Under the pieces are notes generated by a model, which was not told the DNA's origin, did no database searches, and saw nothing but the letters and a program-made list of their open reading frames with translations. Source: Lingula anatina (Eukaryota; Animalia; Brachiopoda). From it: DNA of 64,000 bases. Of this stretch, positions 38,998 through 54,345 are shown piece by piece. The translations under genes were made by a program, and so were the position numbers. The stretch covers positions 9,668,587-9,732,586 of the forward strand of contig CM120648.1 of assembly GCA_051362555.1 (NCBI GenBank), in the 5' to 3' direction. Each line of letters opens with the position of its first letter. Within the stretch, counting starts at the first letter, position 1.

Positions 38998-41900
38998 TAT
39001 CCCCTCCAGCTTGCAGAGTTTTCATGTGTGTGTCGATTATTTATTACCCATCATCGAATTATTAACACCAGTGATGGGACTACCCCACATAAAAGTCAAC
39101 TGGAAGGATTGTGTTTCCCCTGCATTAAGGGTTCAGGTGACAGTTAGTGGTCCATATGGGGTCAGCAAAAGGAAGATGATACTGATAGTACCAGGATGAC
39201 TACCATGTTTTAGCACGGGAGATCACAAATCATCGATGGGTCTTGTTTTACTTGGGTATAAATCATGGCTGTCTTGAGATCTCTGTCAAAATTTGAGAAA
39301 GGGGAAAGGCTTTTTAAATAATTAATTTATATTTTTTATGTCCAAAGTATAAGTCGGCATATGGCTAAGTAAATGTGTTGGTGGGGAATGAAATTTTCGG
39401 AGATACTGATATTTTAATTTCATGAGATCATTTGACTTGAATGAAGAAGGAAAGATGTATCCTTTACATTAGAGAAAAAGTTCAGAAAAAAAAATACAAT
39501 GAATTTTAAAAGCAAGATACTTGTAAACTTCATCAAATCCCAGTGGGGTGTCTAGGTCAGCTCTCAAGATAAAAGGTATTTTTTGGAAAATGAAAATGAA
39601 AAACAGACGTCCCATATTTTGAAGTCCCAACACTTCCCCTTCGCCACGGTAGCTATCCGGACCATCTCGGGTCATCCCAGACACAGAACAAGCATCTTGC
39701 ATGTTACCTTTATCTAAAATGATTCACAATTTGAATAGGAAGTATCATAAAACAGCAGGGTGAGCAAGGGAATGCTGGATTTAATTCTTGCGTCTACGTG
39801 TTAGGAGCAAAGGTAGTTGTAGGGTCACACCTGGTAATAACTCGGGTTGGCGTATCAGTACATCTGATCTGAAAAAAAAAAGTCTTTATTCAATTGCTGT
39901 TCTCTTTTTAAAATCCCACACATTTCAACGACAAAAGTTTCAGCTTTGGAGGTCTAGCTTGTCACTTAAGACATGCTCTCAATTTGCGTCTTAGTTTTCA
40001 CCGTTATGGGAGTTTTGATGAAATGGAAACACTCTTCTTCGTACTTCTTGTCTAGGTGATTTCAAGAAGCCTCGTGAAGTTCTAAGTTCACTTGTTATTG
40101 GTTAATACACTTTCAATCATCGCTGAAAGAAAGTTGGCAGAGAAAGAAATTTGCACTTTTTTTCTGTAGTTTAAACGTATAACTTTTAAGAACAACCCTA
40201 TAGAGAGGAGAACTTTCAGAATTAAACAACCATGTCCCTTAGCCTGCCTTAAATTCTAACGGAGCATTCAGAATAGGGGACTAACTAGGCCATTGGCCAA
40301 ATATGGCCATCCACTACAAAGCTTGCCTTCTAATCCGCAAATAGACACTGAATAGGTATCCCGTGGGGAAGTATTTAAGTGGGTCGGCCATATTTGACCC
40401 TTGGACTAGTTAGTCCCCTATTCTGAATGGGGCCTCTGTCTGACCCTGATGACCCCTGTCTCTCCATCCATAAAGATGGCCGTCACATCCAGTCCCTGAC
40501 ACAACATTTGATAAATACGTCACCCATCAACAAATTTGCCTTCATCAGTAGAGATTAAACATGCACTCTAAAGCTGAACCTTCTTGCGCTTGGGTGGCTT
40601 TGAGAGGCAGTAATGGATGTTCATTCATGTGCCACGAACCACAGCGACGAAGGTAGTGAGCAATATTCTGCTTTTTCTATAACAGGGAGATATTTTATTG
40701 TAAATTGCAGTATTTCACTGTGAACTGCCACTGCATATTGTTTTATTGCCACTAAATCAAGGTGCACAATGGGTATCTTTTCGGTTGAGGTGTGAGGTGG
40801 AATATGGTACTAAAAACCATGACAGATAATTCCCAGACATAAAAGTGAGCCATAAAAAAAGAAAAAAAAATATGTATGGCAAACGTGGTTAACTTCAAAG
40901 GAAAAGGTTATTTACCCAATGGCAAGAGTAATAGCACACTAACTACAAACACGTTTATCAAGTTTGATATTAAAGTAAGACAAAAAGATTAATATAATCA
41001 GTAATAATAATTCCCCTTTGCCCTAATGTTAGAGACAATTCATAAAGGGATTCAATATTTTCTCAGTTGATTTGTCTCTAATTTGTTTGTCGCAGATGCT
41101 ATTGGAGGCTCTGATAAAGCCACGCTTCTGTCATTGACTTCATGAAACGATGGCGCTACTTCCTAGCCTTATTGACCTATTGCATGCGAGAGACCAATCA
41201 AAAGCCACTTTTTTTAGTCAACTTGATGAGTCTGGACGAGACCACATAAGAGACAGAGTGTGTCATCTTGGGAAAGTCCTCATGTGTTATGGGGTTTATT
41301 TATTCCTAGATGCGGTTATGGAGCCAGGCAAACTGACAGCCACACTTTTTCTTTTCTCCTGGGCAACATTAGACATGTAACAAAGGCAATAAATAGAAAG
41401 AGATTCAGTATTTTTTGGCTGTTTTTTTTTTTCCTTCAGTCAACCTTTTGCCCTTTGAATTTGCTGTTTGTAAGCTGTTGTCTTTAACATTCTCATTTTT
41501 CCCTGTTCGATAATTTATTTTGTAAAAGTTAATGAGGTTGTATTGCAATATATTGCTATAATTTGTAAGTTGCTGGTTTTTAGATACATTGTCCATGAAT
41601 TAAATTTGAAGTAATTGGAAAAAGTACAATAGATGGGTCTTCCTTAAAGCAAATTCCTTATTTCACTTTTAAAGTACTCTACACTGGTGGAGACAAACAC
41701 GAAAGAATAGGTAGTAGGTTCTCAGTTTCAGATTTTTTTTGTAAAAAAATAAAGTAGAAATGTTTATACAAGTGCAACTGAAACATCAACCAATGAACCA
41801 TACCCTACCTTTGGGTAATTACAGAAATTTCCATCCTTATGGTGTTTCTAAGGAATCTGTGCCATTGTTAATAGTAAAAACAGCTATTGGAAACCGTTTC

Positions 41901-44900
41901 ATCCCCAGGAGAGGAGAAAGAAATGAAACAATTTGCCAACAGGTGGAAAGAGAGTTGTTATAACTATTGAATTGACCTCTAGGCTGTTCCATTGGCCTCC
42001 CCCCTGCTGCAGGTGATATTGAATTTGACCATTGTGGTCATAGTGGTCATTGTTGTTAAAATTTTTGTTATGGGAGAGTGGAAAAGAATTGACCTTTTTG
42101 AGATGGTTGTTTGAAAAAATCAAGAGAGGTATTTTGCTATAAAAGCTTCAATAATAAAATGAGACTGTTGGAACCAAAACAATTGGTTGACTGTAGTTTG
42201 ATATGTTGTCAATGGAAAAAAAATTGAAACGCTTTCCAAATGTGAAACTCTATTTAGATGATAAATTTATCACCTGTATGAAGAACTATTTTTGGAACTG
42301 AAAGCTACCAGAAGTTCAAAAAATCCAATTGTTTTTATTGCAATGAAAGCCAGATGCTCCATTTTGTTATTTAAGCATGTGCAATTAAGAATCAATCTTT
42401 TAGCAAACTGGCCAAACTCCAAAAATCACAAAAGGACGAAATAAAACATAAGCTACAACTTCTTAAGTAGCACATTAAAAGTTAGGAGGCTACAGTTTTA
42501 ACTGGCCACAGAATACAACAATCTATCCTCAAATAGGCTGTCACTCTTGAGTGTGTCCATTGCTAAGAGCCATATCTGAAATTTTATTGGTATTCTTGGG
42601 GATGATTTTTCAAACAAATGGCCAAAAAGATTTTCCTCAGAGAACATTAGGGAAACCAGAACAAGGAGAGTCATCTTGTAGTTTACTCATGCAAACATAT
42701 CCTTTAATAGTAGTAAAAATCCATATAACTGGTCCTTTATATCATAGAACAATGTCCGGAATCATGTATTGATATGTGGAACATTTTGGTATCCACAACA
42801 CTGCCTTAGTGTTTTTGGGATTTTTGCCCCGAACATGGACATGTATGACTGTAACAAACAGAAGCATAGATCAAGTGAAATGTGCATCTGTACAAGTCTG
42901 TAATGCACATTAACAAGCCGAAACCCTCTTTCTGAGCGAAACACGAGATGGCCACTCCACAAAATGGCAGCACCCAGGAGAAAAGGAATACACAAACATG
43001 ATCTGTAAAAATCCAATCCTTCTCAACATGTCAGAATCAGTTTTCAAATAAACAAACACAAGAAAGAGGCTGGTCACTCATTTGTATTCTTCGTGAACTA
43101 TATATTGCATTCAGGAAAATTGACACGGTGAGATTTTTTCACACCCGCTGAGCCCTTGTTTTGAAAAAATAAATAAGCGCAGTGAGTAGCTTGTAGGCTA
43201 TTTCTCTCTGCTCACCAAGTTTTTCTCCCCAAGTTTCCAACAACTTACAGCTGCGGTTTGGTGGCTGTATCTAATCACCAACTGAGCTAATATTCCGTGA
43301 AAGTTTATAAGATAAACAGTATGCTGTGTGTCTAGACAGTTGCTTGTAAGTAAATGTACAATGCTGGCTTTTGGCGTATTGGTTTGATTCAAGAAAATCT
43401 GAAGAATGAGGTTTGAGGTTCGTAAGACAGTTGAAGGACTTTTACTACCTAATTTCACTCTGGTGTGCTTCTGGCTTTCTTTCGACAGGAATCACTCAAT
43501 CTTTCTTTCTCTCTCCATTCAAACTCAGGAGTCAGAGTTGCCAAAAAACTTTTTAGGGATGACAATGTTATGGCAAGGTTAATCCATCTTTTACGATGTC
43601 ATTAATTTGTAGAGAAATAAAAAAGAAAAGCAAGAACGGCAAATACATCAAACTAGAAGAAATCGTGCCAGTCACAGCTGTCATCTCTACGAATATGCCC
43701 CACTCTTTAAGTACTTGACCCTATGTTTTCCTGAGTGACGGAGCCAGCTAATATGACCAGGTTTTATTTTGACGGCATGTCATTACGAGATAGACCAGAA
43801 CCCAGCCAGTCTTCACCCTCTGCTGCCCCCTTGCTCTTTCTCTTAGTTCAAGTTGCCATGGAAACCAGCTGGAGCTCCAAGCTGAAGTTGGGATTCTCTC
43901 TCGCTCCTGTGGATTCTAGCTGTGCATAGAGACAAGGGAATACATTCCAGTGTTGTACACAGACTGAGAAATGATTTGCCTGAGATAATCATAATATAAG
44001 CTGAATGTTTGAAAATAAAAAAGTCTTCCATTCTTGGAATTTTATGTAATTGCAGAATACAGAGATGAATAACAATATTTGAAACATATCTAGCTCAGTT
44101 TTTTTCTCCTGGAAGCTTTAGCACCTTCATAAATGCTAAATTTATTGAAGTTATGCTGTTTATAATTTACATACCAATTTGAGAATTAATTCATTAACTA
44201 TGTTTAATTATTACAAACCATATGATTGTGAATCAGAATCAGGAGGTAACTCCTGTCCAAACTAGAACACTCATTGATCAATAAAATAGAATTTTAACAG
44301 TAGCTCCCTGTAAAGATTGAAATGAAGGAACTGAATTTGCACTGGGGTGTTCTGGTTACTTGGCATTGTGAAGGTGTTCCCCCAAGTGTCGTCTGCTTCC
44401 AATATCTGCCGTCTGCTGGCAATGTCAGACGTCTGCTGAAATTGGAAGAAATTGACTGATGGTCAGGGGTTGAATTCTTTCTGGAAATTGGCCACAGGGG
44501 AGAGCACTAAAAACTTCTTAGATAACGTAGATATTTTTTTCTTTCTTCGAATTTTTTTCTGCGTGGAGGAATGATATTTGTGGTAAATAGAGGAGGAGAT
44601 GGAATGGTTCATTAATTTTATAGACACGTAGCAGTTGCTGATGTCCATCAGTTAATCTCTAATAATCCGTGTCTATTTTTTGGATTGCTAAGTTTTCAGC
44701 TGTTGGTGCTCATAACCTTATAACAAGTCTGTGAATAATGGGGTGATGTATTGAAAAATTTCTGAAAAAAAAATGGCGTAGTTCATCGTTCATTTGTGAC
44801 AATGAATTCTGAGTAAAAATCATGATTGCTGACAGGCTTTGGCATCGTGTTGCATGCATTGCTGCTTTTTATAATGCGGCAGACGTAATCTTCTGTCATA

Positions 44901-47900
44901 ATGGCAGCCATGTTGTCTGGTAGCCTTTCAAATTGGCTCATCTTCTAAGGCCAATTTTCCATGGGATTTCTATCCTCAATTTGCTTTGTCGCCTAGAAAT
45001 TAGATGGGATTACCAGACATAGAATGGATTTTGTCTGCATTGTGATTGGGAATTTTCATTTGTCAGCGTTTGTCTGTATCAAATCTCCAAGATCTTATGA
45101 TGTTGCTGGTAGTTTCAATTCATGGCAAAAAAAAAAAAAAAAAAAAAAAAGTGCAAGGCTCTTAAACTGAATTAATATTTTTTGCATAGTCATTTAGTAA
45201 GATTGAATAAGTTAAGATAGAGAAAGAAACACTTGTTTTTATTGTAATTCTAAAATGTCAGCTGTCCTAAAAGTATTTCAGTATGAGAAATTTTAGACTA
45301 TCAGAAACAGCAGTTGCTAGTTTTGTTTTAAAAAGAAATTCCACCCACAGCCTTTTGGCAGACTCATCTGTCCAAAATGTGTTAGGAAGTCGGGAACTTT
45401 AGCCTCGCTAAGCTAGCAGTCGCAAGATGTGGGCAAAATCAAAAATTCCATCTCTCCCCATGTGGTCCCGTTTTGTAATCATTTCAGAAATAGAAGAAGA
45501 GCAATTTAAAGCTTTTGTTGACTTTTTAGAATGATAGTATCAGAGAATGATGCAGCCTCCTCTTAGTTTTTCTGGGGAAATTTATTTGTTTGAAAAAAAG
45601 AGAAAGATCAGTCGTGGAAGAAGAAGTTATGAAGCAAATGCATACACATTTACAAGAACACTTTCATGTATGCAGGTATTGCGTGAGAGCACGCAACAAC
45701 ACACACATGCATGACTGTGCACATACACACACACACATGGGAGTACATGCACGCACACACATAGTTATCAGTATCTCAGCATCAAACTTACGGGATAATC
45801 AATCACCAGAAGTGATTCTTTATGTGATGGAGCTGAGTCAAATGTATTGATTGCCATTTGATTGATTTTGACTTAGTCACAGCCAAGTTTAATGTTATAC
45901 ACTCCAGCAGGGCCATCAAACACCCCGCCCCAGGGGAGACCCTGGATTCCCTAAGTGCCTAAATGAAGTCATGAATTCTGATCATTAGGCCTCATTTGCC
46001 GTGAAACGAGGGGCGATTTTTCATTCTGAGGAGAGAATTTTTTACTCGTAGGAGCAATTTTTCTCTCCCAGTGCTCCCGGTTGTGGTGTTAATGTCAAAG
46101 TGATTAAATACGGGATTTTTTAAAGTTAATTAAAGCATTGTTGGAATTGAGGTATTGGAACCTACTAACGCTTCCATTTTTGCTTTGGTAGTTATATAAT
46201 TTTGTATTGAAAGTTTCTTATTTTGAGATGATATTCCCTTATTTTTTATACTTGTAAGAAATAGTTTTCTATGTTAGATTTTATCAGTATGGAGTAGGGA
46301 AGATGAGATGATTAAATGAGCTATGCAACTTGCATTCTGCCAAGTTCTTCAAAATCCTTGATGAAAATTAAGACACGCACACAACAATGAAAGGCAACAT
46401 TCCTCAAATTTGCCCTGTTGATATGTTAGCATCTCCACGGGCACTCCACGCTAGCATTATTCCATCAAAGCATCCCTGTGTGATAGATTCTGGTAGAGAT
46501 ATACCCTGAAAAAAAATGCCATTAGCCATACATGCTTTTGCTGTAGGTGGTGCTTTGATCTGTGGCTAAATTGGAAGTGTCACTTTTGTTTTCTGATTCA
46601 ATTAAATTTGAATGAAGATTTTAGCATAGTGACAGTGTGTGGTGCTGTCCTTTCGCAATGAAATTTCCCAAAGATTTCCATGTGTATTTTGTTTTAGTTG
46701 CTCTTACAAATTGTTAGAAAGAAATGTAGACCCTTATTTTCAAAATGACCTCTCCGTCTAACCAAGACTGTAAATGATATAAATTTTGATGATTATATAT
46801 ATTTGAAGATGTGAAATAGTGTAGTAAAAAATAGCATTTAAAAGTTCAGTTTTTGATTTTATATTAACTGGATAGATGAAAAATGTATGTTTTCTTTGAA
46901 ATATTATTTTATTTCTAGGTTGAGACATTATTTGTTTTTCTTCTATGATTAATTGTGTACCTAATGTTAACCCGTCTTCTCATTACAGTGGCGAGAAGGA
47001 AGCTTCAACGATGGTGAAAATGTAAGGAGAGTGTATATGGCATGCGACATCGAGCACTCAGAAGTCAGCAACTGGCTTCGCCTTCCATACATCCCGCGCG
47101 GGGACGCCAACAGACTTTACGTGGAGATAGAATTCACAATGAGAGACTGTTCCACACACAGAAAACCAGAGGAGGTGTTTCAATGTAAAGAGACCATTGC
47201 ATTGTACTATTACGAAGCAATGTCTGACTTTGCCACGGACACGCTGCCAAGATGGCAAGCGGAGCAGGGATCTTACCAGATGGTGGACTCAATTGCTGCA
47301 GATTACAAATTTACGAACCTCAGTGATTATCAAATCAACTTGAAATACAGGAGCGTCCCTGTCTCCAAAAATGGAGTCTACTTTGCATTCCTCGATGAAG
47401 GAGCATGCACCTCCTTACTATCAATTAACGTGTATTATATCACATGTCCTGCAGTGCGTAAAAATTTCGCTTTCTTCAACACGACTGCGACAGGTCGCGA
47501 TGTGTCGTCAGTCGTTAGTAAAGAGGGCGTGTGTGTTGATAATGCAGTGAGAGTAGGAAATGGACCTGCGCCTGCCTACCTGTGCAAGAGTGACGGGACA
47601 TGGGTGTGGCCGACGGGACAGTGCTATTGTAAGGCGGGATACCAACCTAATGTGGATAACACTGAATGTCTTGGTAAGTGTAACAACCCTCTAACAACCT
47701 TGCATTTTGGACTGTCTCCTATGTACAAATGAAGAAAAGGGAATGCCCCAAATTTGTGTTTGTGTTTTGGGGGAGGGGGGGAGTTCATATATTGAAACGA
47801 TCCCCATATAATTTATTCATGAACAGCTAAATATATATGCTCATCATTTTGGTTCCATGCACTGGAAAAATCATCCGAGTGCAAGGAAAGTCTTCTCTGG

Positions 47901-48739
47901 CAGCCTACACCCCTCAATTCCTTATGTGCATTTAAAGTTTTATACATTTCATTCTTGAGATAATAGACCTATTATACACTTTGCAGTAAAGAATCCCCCT
48001 GCTTCCTCATTATACATCCAAAACTCCCACTATCAAATCAGCCTATTGCATGTCTCTTTGAAGATGTTATTAACAGCTAAGTAGGAATTAGGGTAGGGAT
48101 GAGAAATATAGACCAGAAACATGCAAAACATGAATTTATAGAGAACTAGATTTTTTTTTCCATTTTTCGCCTTTTTATGCTTGAGCATGTAGGGGAAGGG
48201 GTCAATTTAGAAAATATATATGGAATTTCATATATTGACCCTTTTGCCATTTAAGTTCAAGAATATAATATTTTGGCTCTAAACCCTAAGGTGATAAAAG
48301 CTAAATGATTAACTAAAGAATACTGTAGTATTCCAAGAACAAAATCATGGCAATTGATAAAATGTTTTTCTAAGCTCCATTATATTTCATCAAAAAACAT
48401 TAAAATCAAGACAATGTGTTGAAATAAATAAGATGAGGAACAGAGACTGAAGTGAAAAACTGACTAAAGACTGAAGCAAATAAACTGACTGTCTCTAGTG
48501 AAAAACTGACTAAAGACTCCAGTTAAAAACTGACCACCAGTGCCCATTCCTCAGACCACACATCTTGTGGTCAGTGAAGCGGCTGTCCACTGCTATTATC
48601 TCCAGCCAGACAAATATATAGAGAGAACTCACATCAGCAGAAGTAATGGGCAGAAATATGAAAGAATTTGAATTGCACTGGTTCCTGGGGTGAACCTGTG
48701 TCTGTCTGTCTAATGTAGGTCTGTAGTGATAGGACTGAG

Positions 48740-48801
<62 letters not shown>

Positions 48802-51800
48802 GAGTGTGTATGTGTTTGTGTGTGACATCGAGAGAGAGAGATTTAGAGTGAGGTTTGTGTGTGAGGAAAAGAGAGAGAGAGAGATATGTGTGTGTGTGTA
48901 TATGAGAGAGAGAGAGAAAGAGAGAGGAGGGGAGGGGAGAAAGAGAGGAATGGTGTTCTAAAGAGAGAGATTAGAGGTGGGTAGAAAAAATAATGAGAAA
49001 AAATGGGTAAAACATACAAGAGAAAAAAATGGGTAAAACATACAATAACAGGTGCCCTAATAGGCTATATAGCACTACCAGTAAATTGCATCTCCATGTT
49101 TAAGTCCTATCACCTTCCTTCTTCCCCCCCCCCCAAGAACACTCTCAACCAGCCCCTGTTCCCCTCATACATACTCTTTTGTCTCACAACATCTGAACAC
49201 ATTGTCGCTGCCACTGTAACTGCCGCTACCCCCTAAACGGATCAGTTGCAGGGGAAATAGAATATCATGCATACAGAATCACAACATTATACTGTCGTAA
49301 TTGAATTCTGAAACAAAATTCACAAATCCACCTTCCTAGCACGTTTGGCTGTCCAACTTCATTGACCAACCCGTGAGTTGAAATGTTCCAGGAAAGGGTA
49401 GAAAAAAACATGTTTGATGTATAGAAAAAAACCTATGAAAATCCAATGAGAATGAAATGGAATATGTACACTACAGTATAGTACTTAAAGAGGAATTGCT
49501 TAACAGACCCTGCTGTTGAGATGGCTTTGATGTTATTTAAAACAACAACAAAAAAATTAATAAAAATAAAAAAGTAAATAAATAAATGTAATGTTGATAA
49601 AAATGTTTATTTTATAGTGAAGATCATGCCTTGTCATTTTCTCTGCCAGGTTTATCTTTATCACCATTTGGTCATTAAAATTTAGGTAAAGAGGAATTCG
49701 CATTGAATTTCAGCCATTGATACTGTATTCCTATACCCGTCTATCTGAGCAGCAGCTACGAGCATCCAGGCTCCGAGCATCCAAGCTCAAAAGTTAAATC
49801 TCTTCAGTGAAACAACTGAACACCATACAGGGGTTAAAAGGGGGCTGATTAAAACTAAATCTGAAAAGTCGAGAAAAGAAAACTTTCCTTCTGAAAAGCA
49901 AACTGACTTCCATTACCTGTACGAACTGAGTCAGTGTTTGCTTAAGGGAAGGCCCAATTGTTTTGAAAATTCACGATGATGTTTCTCCGCACGGGGCGGT
50001 CTCTTTGAGTTATTTTACTCTCCACCACTAATGGCTGACAATAACACTAAAATAACAAACACACGATGCGTGTAACAATGGCCGCAGAAGAGACGACACA
50101 ATGGAAGTCCATGTTGACCATCTAAATATATGAGTCTATGGAAACCTTTTACTTAAATAAACGGACATTTTAGACGTTTGCACTTCGGTTAAAGGTGTCT
50201 AGTTTCTGCAGGGGTAATGAGAAAGCTGGGAAGTCTTCAGAATTGGGAAGGCAGTTTATGTTACATTGTAAATGATTTGGGAAATAGAGTTGCATTGTTA
50301 GGGCTGAAGGGGATGCAGCGAGTGAAAAAGAGGATATTCTCTTCTTAAGTGCAGTGATTTATATAAATATATGTAGGTTTTGAAGCATTGATTTTGGACA
50401 AGAGGGGAGTGAGTTAACTTATAAACTCTTTTGTAAAACCAACTCCACGGTGTTTGATTTGATTTTGAGTGCAATTAAGGGTAAAGTTCGCCCTGAGGAG
50501 CCTTCAGTTAACCCCTACCTGCTCATTGCTTGCCCTGAGTTTTCAAAGACTGCTGGCTTCTGTTTTATCAGTATGTCTCTTTCATTTCCAGAAAGTTTCT
50601 TGTGTATTCTGTGAAATGCTGGTGGCTTGTTGTACTGAGAAAGATCCGAGTTTTTTTTTAATGGCCATACAAGGAAGATATGATTCAAATGTTAAACTTT
50701 TCAATTTCTACACTAAAAATAAATTTCCATCAGAATAACAAGGAAGATACATATGAAGTTATTTGCCTAGTTGTGCAATTTAAACTACTACTTATCATTT
50801 GGCTACACTTGTTTGGAAAAGAAGAAAACCTCTAGAGCCACCTCAGGATCTGACCTGTGATTATCCCTCAATGTCACGAAGCACAAATTAACGGAGAATA
50901 AAGCAGAAACAAAATTGCCAATAAATGTTGACTAAATAGAAAGGCTAATCGATACAAGGGAAAGATACTATTGATCTTCTGTTCGTAGGAAAATTGATTT
51001 TTTTTCTTCAGCAGAACAATTTCTGTTGTTGCTTTAATTCGCTGCTATAAAAAATGTTCCATAGAAAGTGTGCAATTTCATGTATGGAGGGGCAAATTGC
51101 AGTATGCGAAAGAAGTTCCTGCTATATCCTGTTCCATGTTGTATCATTAGCACCGGTATTTTGAACAAAAAGATTAAAAAGTGTTTTATTTCCACTTGTT
51201 TTGTATGGCGCAAGTGACATTCCGTAATAATTAAAATAATTTGCCACTTAGCTATAAATTTGCTTGAAAATCAAATGATTTTTTTTACCAAATGCTGAAC
51301 AGTTTAAAAGAAGGACAGTGTTTTTTCATTTGTAATGGCCAAACAATTTATATGACAGCAAGGAAAGAAGGGCACCAAAGAAAGACCAAAATTGATCTCT
51401 GTTTGTTGTGCCATAAAAAAAAAAGTATAATCCCATTAGAGAAAATCCTGTCAATATTCTTAATGAAAATCCAATTAAGATGTAGAGACACATGCAATCT
51501 CAACACACCGTAGGAAAGACTAATGCAGTTTTCTGTTCAGTCTTTGTTTTAGGCACCTGATATTTTTATATGAAAAATAATGAGAAACCTTATGGCCATT
51601 GTTTTAAAATGTACACTGGAGAGAAACACAGACAAATCAATCTAGAAACCCTGCCTATATTGTTTTAACATACGCACTCACAAAGGGAAACATTACAAAA
51701 AAGTCAAACAGCAAACGGCAGAATTCATTGGGTTCTAATTATCGCAAACCACCATCAATAGCTTGACACTTGAAGTAAATGCACCATCGAACGACGTGAA

Positions 51801-53537
51801 AAGATATTTCCTACAAACTTCTGCGAAGGAAATTGCTAATGTTGGGTGCATTAGAATCTGTTGAGCTAAAAAAGAAATATTGGAGAAGGGGCAGACAGAT
51901 GGGGAAGCCAGTCAAATGTCTTGAATAGCTCCCATATAAACAGAATGTAGTGAATAGTTATGTTGCTTATTTTCATCAAAAATAATGTGTCAAGGTTAAC
52001 GTGTTCTAGTATAAATATTCACTCTTCGACCTGACAATTTTCTTGTCAAGGAGATGTGACCTTAAGCGCCACCTGATGGCAAAAATGAAGACTAAATTTT
52101 GTTTTTAAAGTCTGTATAACAATAAGAAAACTAAATTTTCTTTGAAGAAAATAACCAAAAAGCAGAAGAAACAGTGCATGATCTTTCCCCTTTCATTCTT
52201 ATATTTCACATGTATTTTTTAATAGTAAAGCCACAAGTTTTAAGAAAGTCTTAGTATTGAAGTATTGATACATATATTTCATGCTGTCATATTAAACTCA
52301 TATAATCTTGTGTTCTTTTCTTTGCAGCCTGTCCGTCTGGCACATACAAAGCTACTATAGGGGGCGACACCTGCCACAGTTGTCCTGCTAACAGCAATGC
52401 TGATGGGAAAACTCATGCCACGATCTGTGATTGCAACCCAGGTTACTATAGACTACCACATGCAAATGCTTCACAACCATGTATAGGTACGTCCAAACAC
52501 ACTTTTGGTCTGGCGGTGAGATTTTCTGTTGATTTTTATCATTAAAACAATAACAACAGCCAAGAAAGTTCGAGCTGTAGTTAAATCATTTTTGAAGACG
52601 TCAAACGATATGGATTTGAAATGATGCTTCTAAGCCAGTATTCCCATAGAGGAGCCTATTTGTGTTATCTTATATTGTTTTTTGAACCTTTTTTAACAAG
52701 ACTGTCTCAAGTACAGTTGCTAGCTGATATAAACAAACAGCGTCCACTGTATACATGTTTATCTCGGTACCATACAGGTTACTTCTTCACGATATTGTCT
52801 CATTCACACAGTGTTGAATAGTCCGATTATATTATCCAAGTAAAGGCTTCACTAAGGGCTCTTGATTCAAGTGTCACTTAGTGTGGGTTTCAAGAGTTCT
52901 TCGGCCATTATCTTGGGTAGATTTATAAGCTCTCTTTGTAACATTCTTCAAATCAAGGAAACCTGAAGTCGAGCCGTCCGTTTCTTGCTGGCAGGCTCTT
53001 CACAAATCAGCAGGAAAGTCTGCAAATTTGAAGTCCCAGGTTGTATTTGGCCTCTGGTTGGATTGGTAGAAATTTGTTAACTGGGGTGGTGTTGCTGTCC
53101 TCTTCACTTGTTAAACACACTGGTGCCTTTGTTGAGTAAATGTTCTAAAAAAATTTATATTGTCACATTTGAGTATTTGGTGGGTGACCTTTTTTGAGGA
53201 AAATAGTATGGTAATATCGTGAAATATGCCTCAAATTTGCTAGAAATATGCTATAAGCCATCAGATTTACAATGATATGGCTTCTAGAAGAATATTGGAG
53301 TAAAGGGATTACAATGTGGTTATTTCCCCCCTGTCCTTAATTGTTTTAACGTCTTCCGGTTCCATACCTGATTCAAGCCAAATTCAGGTACATGTATCTG
53401 CGTCTGGAATTTCCGTTGTGGGTTTGGCGAAGGGGAGAGTTTGGGATGTGGGGGACAATGTGATATATTACTAATAACGTTACCATTTGCCTGCGTTGGA
53501 GTCTATAATTTATGTCCAAGGTGAATCATATAGGGTC

Positions 53538-53596
<59 letters not shown>

Positions 53597-54308
53597 ACAG
53601 ACCACAAAACACTAAATTGTTAGTATCTATATGTCCAGGGGTAACAAGCTTGGTAAATGTTTCCTGATCTTCTTTTGTGTATCATCTAAAACCGTTGGAA
53701 GCGGTCAGTATGCCCCTTGCGCTTTTGCCATTTCCTTTTAAACCAGCATCGCATATGGAAGTAAATTGTGTAGCATGTAGAGTTGATGCTGTACAATTGC
53801 CATGGGGAAGAAGTTTACATGTATCACTAACTGTGGTGATGAACTCCTAACCCTCTGTGGCATCAAACATGATGATGACCCCTGGGATGGAGATCTGGTG
53901 CCCTTTTGAACTGACCACTGTTAACCCTTGACTGGTCACTCTATGGCTTCATTCCCATAGGCACCAAAAGTCATTCTTGATCGATCCAACTCTGTGTGGA
54001 CAATCGCTAAGTGCAATCAGCATAACTAAATGACAAGCATCTTTCTGGCTAGAAGTCAAATACAGCAAAGTCATAATACGAGCACATTGGAAACAAAAGG
54101 AGGCATGTCATTCAGTTAAGCTGATTGCACTCAGCGAGAGTCTCCAGGTAGTTGGATCGATCTACATAGACCGATGGCGTCATGGGGAAGGGGTCTATCT
54201 GTTGACTGGTCATTGTGATGGCCCTTTCTATGTCCAGGACTGATGGTGCCAAAAATGCTGCCAGCCAACTTGGAAATGGTTATCATAACAGTTAATGCAG
54301 GCTGCTTC

Positions 54309-54345
<37 letters not shown>

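Noticed and set aside
47674-47732. C-terminal tail of the 233-aa ORF as a secreted LBD-only Eph isoform
   Set aside because: It is read-through into the intron past a consensus GTAAGT donor, with no evidence for intronic polyadenylation visible.
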